Origin: an uncultured virus (IMG/VR IMGVR_UViG_3300008113_000017) | Taxonomy: Duplodnaviria > Heunggongvirae > Uroviricota > Caudoviricetes | DNA: 64,000 nucleotides | Virus record (IMG/VR): IMGVR_UViG_3300008113_000017 | Strand: one strand, 5' to 3' | Part shown: one piece after another, positions 1 through 11,500 of the stretch | Position numbering within the stretch: position 1 is the first letter of the stretch | How the letters are laid out: each line of letters begins with the position of its first letter | Translations under genes and position numbers: made by a program | The notes under the pieces: model-generated | Seen by the model: the letters and a program-made list of their open reading frames with translations, nothing else | Told to the model about the DNA's origin: nothing | Database searches by the model: none

Positions 1-2559
1 ATCTGACTTAGTGTTGTCAGGGGTCTCTACTAGGTCGAGCTCTACAGTTAAGTTTCCATTTGAATCTTCTTTAACTGAAGTAACCTTAAATTTTGAATTT
101 CTTGGTAATATAACTTCATCTTCAGCGTATCTAGATAATGCAGACCCCATAGAATATCCGGTTAATTTAGATCCTTTAGGCGAAAGTGCATATGTTATTG
201 ATTTGCCAGTAAGTCGATTTCCGGTGAGTGCCTGTACAGGATTTACAAATAAATCAATCGAGTTTAAATCTGTAGAAGTTGACATAAAGCCAGGGTCAAT
301 AAATTCAGCTCCAGGGACTAAAGCCTTTTTAGCTTTTTCAAAGTCATCTAGTCCCCTACGAGATTCACCAAGTGTAACTACTTTTCCATCACTAAAAAAC
401 TCTCCTCTAAACAATCTAGAAGCTATTAGGGGATTTTTTGAAGTTAAAGAGTCTAGCCCACGGACTACAGATTCTTGATCTTTAGGAACAGGTGTACCAG
501 TCCTTAATGCTTTATTTATAGGTATATAAGCTGCACGAGTGCTATATTTTCTAGCAGCACTTGACTCATCTTTTGTAATAACATCTTTTGAAGATAAGCC
601 TTTAGACAGATCTGCTGGTGGAGTAAATGTAGATTTTCTAGCTTTAAGTTGTCGCCAATCAAAATCTCCGGACTTCATTTTAAAGAAATCGTTGTCAGAT
701 AGGAAATAGTATCCAGCCTGAATTACGTCAAACGTATCTGCATTTTCTTCATCTTCTTCATCAGCATCTTCATCAAAAATAGATTCGTTTAGACTAATAC
801 GATACAGTCCAGTGTTAGAGTCGGATGGATTTCCGGTTACTTGATCAAGAGTAATTCCTGTAAACTCTGCTTCATCACTTCCAAGAACTTCTTTACCGGG
901 TTCTGCATACCTGCTAGTTACTGATCTATTCAAATCCTGAAATCCTAGGGGAAGAGTGTCACTGTCAATAGACACATTAAACTTAGTCTTGTCCCCACGT
1001 TTTAAAGTTTTATTTTCCAGTGTTACTGTTCTGCTACCGTCTGAAGACTCTACAGACTTTCTAGAAGACTCTAATTTTTTATCTTCTTCGGCAGCTTGCT
1101 CACGTAGTTTTTGTCGTAAATCCTCTCTAGCTGCTTGTAATTTTAAAAATTTTGAACTATTTGTATATTCTCTAGTGTCTTCATAAGACACGTAATCATC
1201 AATTTCAGCACCTTCAAAAGGTTTTTTTGGATCAGCATTAAGCCTTTTTTCTAAAGATTCTTTAGTTACAATTGCATATTCCGGAGCTATTCGCTCTGCT
1301 TCAACAGCTTCCCACCCAATATCATCTCCCTCTTGCATCTCGTATTCTTCTTTAGACAATCCATTTTCATCTAATTCAACAGGGTAGTCGTTATCTTTAA
1401 ATTCTTCGGTTCTAAAAATAAATTTATCTTTGTCTTCTTCTTTACCAGTGATGTCAAATAAAGTTACTCCAGTGTACCTAGATGGAAATCTTTCTAGCCT
1501 AGGTTCTTCACCAAAACCAATATCGTCACCGAGATAGTCTGTGAATCCAGTGACTCCCTCAAAATGTTTTTCATAATCATCTAGCCCGGTGCCCGACTCA
1601 TAAGATCTGTCAAGTGGATACCAATCTCCTGGATTAATTTTGTTTCCGGAAGATAGAGTTATAGGAGTGTCTCCAAATACATCTCCCTGTACCTTGTTAA
1701 ATCCAGGTTTTCTAGGTTTAGAAAATTTTCCTTCTTTTTGAGCAAAGCCGTCGTAATCAACGGTGTCGAACTCAGCGGTTCTAAGCATGATTTGACGTTC
1801 AGCTTCTTTAAAAGCTTCACTTGCGTCAATTCCAAGATCTACTTTTTCTTTAGGCTTGTCGCTAAAAGTAGCGGTAAATCTGCCACCCTTTTCCAAAATG
1901 TCGGTGACTAGACCGTTTTCCTCACGAGTCCAACGACTAATGTCTTTTTTAGCGTCTTTCTCTGTAGTAGCATCTACAAACTTACGTTCCGCCGCTGTTT
2001 CATTGAACTTGCCGGCTCTTTCAGATCCAGCTGCTTGTGCAAATCCTTCAGAGTCTTCTGGAAGAAGCTCAGAATCAAAAAATACATCTCTCGGCAAGAT
2101 AGTATCTTGATTTTCAGCAATTTTATCTAGCTTTTCTCTAGGAGCTACATATTTTCCGACTCTTCGAAGTTGAGTCTCATTTCCCGGAGAATCTTGAGAA
2201 TTTACAATTCTTACTGGGACATACTCGACTCCGGCTTTACGAGCCGCGGCTAGTCTATGGTTACCTTCAGTAATAAATGCTTTACCATTTTTAGGGTTGA
2301 GCACTACTATAATTGGCTCTTTAAAGCCGATGCCTTCTTCTAGATCTTTGGCAATGCTGTCTACCGTACTCTGCTCACGAATCTCATTACCTTCAGCTCC
2401 AATTAGAGCTTTGGTATTTACGTACTGAACTACCGATTTTCCATCAGATTTATAATCTTGTAGGTTAGGATTATACTTTTTACTGTATTCAGCATCTACC
2501 TCTGTACTAGGTGTCTGTGAGAACCCACGGTCCCCCTTTTCGGGGGTTACGCTTTTGGG
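1..2559 (-). CDS. C-terminal extension of the giant modular protein (reached by probable -1 frameshift); ParB-like domain ~2200-2440 and ADP-ribosyltransferase domain ~13-590; truncated by window edge
   Basis: Frame read codon by codon is open from 2571 to position 1 and is absent from the ORF track. It has no start codon before the ParB-like domain (FKEPIIVV...ITEGNHRLAAARKAG). ART motifs are YIPINKALR, LFRG, GFMSTS and EDEVILPRNSKFKV. It carries the same linkers as the upstream ORF (GFSQTPS, GFAQAAG, GFAQKEG). Confidence 0.85.
2532..2559 (-). other. Probable programmed -1 ribosomal frameshift signal
   Basis: Minus strand reads TC(C CCA AAA) GCG TAA CCCCC GAAAA GGGGG: an X XXY YYZ heptamer at 2553-2559, a 6-nt spacer, then a 5-bp G:C hairpin at 2532-2546. 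Confidence 0.75.
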
Positions 2560-5500
2560 GAGTTCGCACCTCTACGCTTTAGAGTATCAATAAGTCTTTG
2601 AATCTCGTCAGCAGACTTGCTGTTCAGGTTCGTGATTCCAAGCTTACGCTTCTCTGCAGAAGTCAGACCAAGAGAGTTAGCCAGATCCTTGACACGCTTA
2701 AGTTGTCTAGGAGTTGGCTTACCGGTGTCGACGCCAGCCTTAGGGTTTAGAGCCCTAAGTTGTCCAAGCATTGCACCCATCTGAGCCTTAGTCAAGTTTT
2801 TACTTGATAGGGCATCTTGAATTGCAGTAGCTAGTTCTGGATCGATGCCGTCTCTGTTGCCACCAAGTTCCTTGAGGTAGTCATACTGAGCGTCAGTAGC
2901 TGGCTCACCCATCTTAGGTGATACAACTGCGTTGCCAGGTTCTTGAGAAAAGCCGTCAGAATCATCATTAACATCATCATAATAACCTCGGCTGTTTTCA
3001 GCATCTTCATCAACAAGATCGCTGTTGTAGTAGTCTAGCTTTTCATTAGCAAATGCTAGGGCTTCTTCTTTAGAACCAAAAGTCTGAGAACCTTCGTCAT
3101 ATTGGAATTCTGCATCTTTATCCATGTATTGATACGAGTGATCTACTTCCCACTCACCGTCGCCCTTATACCAGACCTCAATCTGACTGTCAGAGTAAGG
3201 GTCTGTAGTATAACCACCATCGCTGTTTTGACTTAGTTTGTCATCCCTAACTGGAGTGCCTTTTCTGCCAGGTTCTTGGGCGAAACCACCCTGATCTTTC
3301 TTACGGTTTTTCTTATCTAGAATTCTCTGAGCACGATCTACAAAATCACTAAGAGCATATCTAAACTCATCTGATACTCTAGCATCACCAAAGTCCTCAT
3401 AAAGCCTTGCCATTCTATCGATAAACTCTTGCTCAGTACCATTTTCAATAGCTGTTGAAAGTTCTTTCTCTAGATTTGCTTCCGAGAAGTTTTGAGATAG
3501 ATTTGAGTTATAGTCAGCTGCTTCGTTAGCTGCCCACTCAATCGCGTCATCGCGGTCATCAAACTCTTGCCTATCATACGCAGAATCTCCGCTATCAGAA
3601 CCATAAGTAATTCTAGCTTCGTACTTACCATTCTCGTTTGGCTCATTGTCAATGTTGATTTCTGCTCCACCGCTTCTGTAGTCTCCCCAGTAACCATCAT
3701 CTGCAGCTTCTGCAATCTTATCGGCATCTGTTGAATAGTAAATTTCTCTAGCAGTAGCCATTTCATCTTCAACGTCAGATAGATCTAAGTTTCTTAAATC
3801 GTCAGGATCTCTAAGAGCTGCTCGTATTCCAGCACGATCTTCAATTCTCTTAATAACTTGATCTCTCAGGTTATCGAGCTCGTCTGCCAAACTAGAGTCA
3901 CTAGAATTATCTCTTCTAAGTCTAGATACAACATCTTGAAGATCGGAAGCAAACATGTAAGACTGCTCTACAGCCCAGTCTTTACCATATTTTTTATTGT
4001 CTGGATTGTCTGGATCTGACTCTGCTAACATTTCTCTCAAGTTGTCGCCGTCTAACATAAGGAAAGTGTCCTCATTTGCAGCGTCAAGTCTTCTTGCAAG
4101 CTCATCAATTCGCTCACCCTTTAGAGAGTTGTAGTAAGCATCCATCTCACCAGCAACTTCGGCAGGTCCGCTTTCTGTAAAGTCGTCACCAGCACGGTCG
4201 CGGTTGAACTGCTCTTCTCCAGGAATGCCTGGCTCCTGAGCAAAGCCGATAGTCTCTGGACGATCCTTCTTTCTACGAAGCTTGTCGTTTAGAGCATCTA
4301 CTTCAGCACGGTTCATGTTTGGTAGGTTGTCTAGGATGTCCTTGACTTCTTCTGGAGTTAGGTCCTTGGTCACAAGCTTGCTGTTCAATGACTGAAGAGC
4401 ACGGTCGCTTGGCTTGTTAGGGTCGACGCCCGGTTTGAACGGAGCATCACGCATAGGGCCAATAAGTGCACTCATCTGTGCCTTAGTTAGGTTCTTGTTC
4501 GCAAGAGCTTCTGTAATTGCCTGAGCAGTTAGGTCGTCAGCTGGAACTCTTTCATCAGCGTACTCTTGTAGAAGAGCATACTGAGCAGGAGTTGCAGGTT
4601 CCATCTGCTTAGCAGACAAACCTCCAGTTTTTTCCTTGTTTTGCTTCTTATTGCCGTCAGCAATCTGCTTACGTAGCCATTTCTCGGCTGCCTCTGGACT
4701 ATTGAATGATTTACTAGTAGTATTTCCTAGTCCATTTCTATTTTCAGGATTAGCGTATTTAGCAAACCATCTGTTAGATTCTGTACCGTCTTCATTTTTA
4801 TAGACGCCATACCTAACGTCAGATATGTTACCGTTGGCATCTTTATAAACTACGCCTCCTACTTTATCGACAGACTTAAGATCTAAAGCGTTTGGGTCCT
4901 CTTCTAATAGATCGGAACCGGTTCCTGGTTCTTGGGCGAATCCACCGCTCTTATCTTCACGGAAGAAGTCATAGTCTTCACCATTGTTTAGACCAATCGT
5001 ATCAAACCATTCACCAGGTCCAAAGCCTGATTCTTTGTCTGCTTCTAGGAATAGCTTATAAGCTAGTACTTCACTATGGTAGCGACTAGGTTTTTCAATA
5101 GCTCCCTTAATCTCTCTACCGTTGTACCCATTAGCAACTGCCATATCAGCAATTAAATTGTAATAGCTGTATGGATCACTTTCGGCGAGACCATTTAGAT
5201 AATCATCGTTGTAGCTCATAGCATTTTGTACTAGATCGCTAAGTTCTTCATTGTCATAGTCACCAGCAAGTTCAGAAAGTTTTTCCGAATCAAAATAACC
5301 ATCGTCTTCTGCGCCAAGAGCACTTAAAATTTTATTAGCATCTTCTTCGCTCTTTGAGAAAAGATCTTTGTTAATTTTATCTTGCTCGTCCCAGGCATTC
5401 TGTACGTCAGATGCAAGGCCGGCAAGTTCACCATCTTGAGGAAGGTACTTAAATTGCTTAGATCTTGCAGCCCAACCAAATTGAGCTTTTTGTTGTTGAA

Positions 5501-8500
5501 GATCTCGGATTTCATCTCTATTATCAGATTTATCAATTTTACCCTGAAGAATATCTTCAGCTTCTTTGACAGCTCGATTTACTTTATCACGTATTGGCTT
5601 ATTAGCTGCTTTAGGAGTAAAATCAATTCTACCCTTTGGATAGTTTGTCCAAGCATAGTTTTTAGCTGGCTCTTCGCCACCAGGACGTTGAGCAAAGCCT
5701 TCACCTTCAGAGCCAAAACCAATCTCGTTTAGCCAGTGATCATTGTTCTGATCCTCAGCCCAGGTGTTCATTTCTGCGTCAAGAACATAGTCATGATAGT
5801 TATAAGGTTTCTCAATCATACGTTTGAACTCAGATGGGCTTGCATTTATAGCTTCAGCAGCATTCGCAATTTTGTAGAAGTATTCAGCAGGATTTGTACG
5901 AGCTAAATTGTCTAGGTAGTTTTCATTTAGCTCTTTAATTTCCTGAGCAGCTTCGTAGTCTTCATCATCCTCGTCTAGACCGCCGTCTTCAATAAAAGCA
6001 TACTTCTCAACAAGTCTCTTAGCTAGAGCTTTGTTCTTTGCTCTAACTTCTGGGCTTGGTCCGTTTCCAGGTGCTTGACCAAAGCCTCCGTAATCAAGAT
6101 CGGCAGCGTAATCCTCTGCGTCCTGATTTACTTCCATACTGTTGTAGTAATTAAGTTTTTCGTTAGCAAATGCTAGAGCTTCTCCCTTAGTGTCGAAGGT
6201 CTTAGAGCCTTCGTCAAACGGCAACTCTCCTCTAGATTTGTCCATGTGAATGAACTGGTGGTTTACTTCCCACTTACCGTCATTGGTAGGGTTGACTTCA
6301 ATTTGACCTGGCTCACCAAAAGTAGTGCTAAGAGAACCGTCGTCACTCGTAATCAATTTGGAATTGTTTATAGGAGTATATTTTCTGCCAGGTTCTTGAG
6401 CGAAACCTCCGGACTCAAGATCAGCGGCGGCATCTTCTGCATCTGAGAATACCTTGTCACCGTTGTAGTAGTCTAGTTTTTCGTTAGCAAATACAAGAGC
6501 TTGCTTTATAGAATCAAACTTCTGAGAACCTTCGTCAAATGCAAACTCATTTCCAGAGCGTGCCATGTGGTTGTACGCGTGGCTTACTTCCCATTTACCG
6601 TCATCAGTAGGGTTGACTTCAATTTGCTTGTTAGAAGTTGGACTAGTACTGTAACCACGATTGCTAGTTGGCTGTAACACTTCTGGTTTGCCAGTTGCTT
6701 GAGCGAAGCCAGCTGCAGGAGATTCTCCGTTAGCGTCTCTAAGAGCTCGATCAATAGCCTCAACAGCGTCTTGTTTAGCCTTAAGTGGGTCACCAAACCC
6801 TAAGTTAGCTTTATCAATGTCTTCGATTGCTTGTCTAATTTCATCTTCGTAGTCTGGAACAATGTCTACAGGCTTACCATCGAAGGTGACCACAAGGAAA
6901 TTACCGTCAGGATCTCCTTCTACGACTACCTTTAGGCGTCCGTCTGCAGAAGTAAAGTTTCCGCTTCTATCCCAGAGATCAGGATTGTCAGCTGCCTTAC
7001 GGTCAATCTTAGGAGTGTAGCTAATTGAAAGATCTGCACTCTTGCCAACCTCAGCAAGAAGCTTGCCCATCTCGCCTTTGGTTAGGGCCTTGTTAGCAAC
7101 GGCTTCTTCAACCATATCGCGAACGTCGGTTGGAAGTTTTTCACCTTGGTTATCTAAGATACCCTGAAGCTTGTTGTACTGTAGGGAGCTAGCTGGGTCT
7201 TTAGTCCAGGCTGGTGGCTCGTCGCCAGGTTCTTGAGCAAAACCGCCCATCTCGTCTGGAGACTTTCTAGCGTTTCCTTCAAGTTCTGAGAACAGACGTT
7301 CGCCGTCTTCAAGTGCCTTGTCTAGATTATCTGTAGGTTCACCCTGGCCCATAATTTCACCATTACGGTTGTAGGCGATAGGGGTAATCATACCCTTGTC
7401 TTTTTCTAGACGTACAATTCCACCATCTTCTGTTTCTGCAGTAGCAGCAAAGAAAATATCACTATCTGGATATAGAAGGAATTTTCCGCGTTTATTTGAA
7501 GACTCACCAGGCTTTTGATCAAATCCACCGGTTTGCTTCTTTAGGAATTTGTCAACTAAAACACCTACGTCTTTTGCTAGGTCTGCTGAATCGTAGCCCC
7601 AACCAATGTAAGGAAGCTCACCAACCCATTCGCCATCGTAAGATACAGAAATACGAGATAGGTTTGTACCACCAAATCCCATGTCTGGTTCTCCATCTGC
7701 CATTGACTCAAGAGTCAATCTTCCATCTGGAGACTTGTAGGTAGCGTCATTACCGCCTTCAGGATCTCCGAACCAGTGGCTTAGGTTGGCAATGTGAGCC
7801 TCGTCAACTCCACCAGCTTGGCCGGCTGATTGGGAGAATCCTTCGATATCATCGGTTCTTTCACCGTACTTGATATTCGGTCCGCCTCTAAGAAGTTCTT
7901 TAAGATCCGAAACAATTTCTTCTGCTTCTCTTTCAACACCTTCAGGCTCCATGTCTGGGTATCGAGAACTATCGTCAACTAAAACAAAATTCTGTACGTA
8001 GCCAATTGGTTTTCCATCATAACTAACTTCCCAGTCTCCACCTTCTACATAGGCAGAAGCAGCTCCTTTATTGGTTTCATAGTCATAATCACCAGATTTG
8101 TCTACATATTTTATTTCAAGTTTTCCGTCCTTAGACTTCCACTCGTCTCTAAAATCAAAACTACTGTCAAGTTCACCAGAATAGTCTTTGGCTAAGTTAC
8201 GTCGCTTAGGACTGCTATTAAGGTGCTTTGAGATTACATTCTCAATTTCATCAGCATAGTCGTCAATATCCATGAGCTCGATTGGTTGAGAGTATGGTCT
8301 ATCGATGTATCTAACAGGCTGTCCATCTTCTAGATCTATAGTATATTTTTCCCCATCAACAGATACTTCTAGATAAGATGTATCGACTGCAGGATCATCT
8401 GCATAATAGCCAGCATCAGCGTCTCGGACGTAAGTAATCTTAATTCTTCCATCTCTAGAAACCCAGGTACGGTCCTTAAATGCTTCGGCAGACCAGTTGG

Positions 8501-11500
8501 CGTCTTTAAATGCGTCTACTGGAAGCTTATATTTTAGAGGCTCATCTTCTCCAGGCGCTTGAGCAAAACCTTCAATGTCATCTTGACCAGGAAGATCTGC
8601 TAGAGAAATGTCATTTGCAGCCTTTTCTGCTGCACCAATGCTCTTGAAGTTTGATGACGCACCTAGTTCGCCACCATCCTGAGAAATTGGAGTTACGTCC
8701 CAGGTACCATCGCCCTTAGGTGTGTAACGCATCATCAAACCTTCAGAGTTTTTCTTCAATAGGTTTGGACTTGCGTCTTCCCAGCCGTTGGTGTCTGGCA
8801 TACCCTTTAGACGAGTAATGAGATCTGAAGCTTCATCCTTGGTCATCTTTGGAAGACGCTTGCTTAGATCAGCGGCTTCTTTAGCAGGAAGACCCTTAGA
8901 AATTAGACCACGGCGGATAGACGCTAGTTGTCTATCTGAAGGTACGTTGGTGTCAACGGCCTTTCGCATCTCACCAATTACGGCACCAATTTCGCCCTTA
9001 GTTGCTTCTTTGTTTGCAAGAATATCTTGCATAGACTTACGAAGTTCTTCTGGAAGTTTGTCACCCTGCTTTTCTAGGATGTTAGCTACGAATCCACGCT
9101 GGGCATCGGTTGCTGGGTCAGAAGATTTTCCACCCGGTTCTTGACTGAAACCAGGCATTTGATCATAACCTTCAAAGCCATCAACGTCATAGTAATCCCG
9201 ATCATTTGATTTAGCTTGAGCGTTACCAAAAGCTTCGTCAAGCGCACCTATTTTTCCGTCTTCACCTTCACCATAGTTTTTAGGGTCATAGCCATCACTA
9301 AACTCGCGCTCTTTGTCACCACCAAATGGACTTTTAACGAGACTACCACCTACAACATCAACAGTACCGTCGGAATACTGAGTTATCTCAGCTGAACCGG
9401 CGTCACCTTCGTAGAACCAAACACGTTTTCCTGCTGCTTTATCGGATTCAGACGTTATTTCTTTGAAGTCTTTTCCGTAAGCCTTAACAAGATCGTCAAC
9501 GGTATTAATTTCTGGTTCATTGCCAGGTGCTTGATAGAAGCCATCTCTTTCCCAGTCTTCAGGACCCTCTGGTGGCTCTGGTGGATCGTAGTCACTCTCT
9601 CCAGCACCAAATATACCTGCAATATCGTCCATGGAAGAGCCCAAAGGAAGTGACTCATAACTAGTGTCTACATCTTGACTAGGTGGCTCATCCCAGCCTC
9701 CAGGATTGTATTTACCGGCAGTATATTGAGTTAATTCGGCTGCTCCACCAGGATAAATTTCTAGTTCTGCGTACTTGTAGTTATCTTCACTACCTAATGT
9801 TAGAAATATCACACCATCATCATCAGGGAATACATCTCCTGAATACCCGTATTCCTCTGCAAGATTTTTAATAGCAGCTAACTCTTCATCAGAATAAAAA
9901 GAACTCTCAGAAGACCCATTTTCATAGTCGTCATATTTTTTAAGTTGAGCAGCGATTACATCGTGGTACTTAGCGTATTCAGGGTCCTCTAGCAAAGATT
10001 TCATTGCTTCTGCATCTAAATCCTTGAAAGACGTAAATACTTTAGCTTTTAATCCACGGTTGTACTTAATTTGCTCAATTTTGGCCTCGCGAGCCTTTTT
10101 TACATCTGACTTAAGTGGTTCTAAGCCATCTTTTTCACGTTTTTTATTTTTTGGAAATGCAAAGATTCCTTCTATATCATTCTGGGATCTTAAGTTATAA
10201 CCATACTCACTGCTTAAAACACCAACACCAATGGTGTCTCCACTGTAGTACCTTTTACCAGCATTTTCTCCTTCGGTAATATTTATTTCAAAATTACTCG
10301 GGTTAGGATTATTTTCTTGTCCACTCCAAGGCGTATATACAATCTCGTGGCCATAAGCTGACCATTTTCTAATGCCTTTGGCAGCATCTTCGGGGGTGGT
10401 AACTTCTACTGCATCATACTTTTTTGCAAAATCGTCAAGATTAATATTCTCCCCACCAGGTGCTTGATCATAGCCATAAAAATCGCGATTGTCGCGATCC
10501 TCGTCGTATGTGTCTGGCTCATCATCAGAATTATCGTAGTTTTCATAACCCTCATCCATCAGTCCAGCTAAGTCGTCTAAGCTAGAACCGGCTGGAATAC
10601 TATTTCCATCACTTCTAACGTCAGCATCTGCTGGGCTATCCCAGGATGCTGCATAACGCTTTGCAACATAAAAGTTTTCTAGGTCTGCGGATCCATCTGC
10701 ACGTACAATTAGCTCAGCCCATGCGTCTCCAGCGTCATCGCCTTTTACTAGAGATATATATGGTTCTTCTCCTAAATATTCACCTCTAGGTAAGCCGTAA
10801 CCAAACTCATCCATTAATTTTTGAATATCCTCGAGTTCTTTATTTGTCCAGTACGGGCTATCAGCTTCCCCTGCTTCATATGCCTTTGCTTTTTCTAACT
10901 GCTTACTAGCATAATCATGATGTGCCGCATATTCAGGATTGTCGAGTACTGACTGGATCTGCTCAATAGATCCAGTATTAATTCCACGATATGCGCGAAT
11001 TTCAGCTACATCTTTAGGGGATATTCTTTGAGCTTTTGATACGAGCTCTTCCGCATTTGCAATTGCACGATCTTTTAGTTCGGTGCTTTCATATGCTGCG
11101 TTTTTCTTGTTTTCCAGATTTTTTTGTAGTGCTTCTACGTCGCCAAATCGAACAGCTTTTTGTCGATCGTAATATGATTCAAAATTATTGTAGAATTTAG
11201 GATCACCGTATTCAAAAACACCATAGTCGTACTCTTTCTCACCAGGAGCTTGCTCGAAGCCTTCATTATTTTCTAATAGATCCTTAGGAGATAGTTTTTT
11301 ATTTCTGCCAGGTTCTTGAGCGAAGCCCTTAGCTGGCTGCTGTTTGCGTAGACGTGCTTTTGCTTTTGGAGCCTTACCCTTACCAGAGTCATTATCTGCG
11401 GCAAGCTTTTGAAGGTTTGCCCATTCCTGAGCGTAGCCAACAAAATCTCCAAATTCATCTGACAAAGAAAGTACAGGTTTGTTTGAATCATATGAGCCAT

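Noticed and set aside
2547..2549. Stop-codon readthrough or alternative genetic code
   Set aside because: The continuation is in the -1 frame, not in frame, and TAA, TAG and TGA all end well-formed genes elsewhere in the window.
11..9871. Short plus-strand ORFs (11..478, 956..1186, 1856..2110, 5382..5732, 8788..9144 and others)
   Set aside because: Ser/Leu/Phe-rich antisense shadows of the giant minus-strand gene, with no RBS or recognisable motifs.
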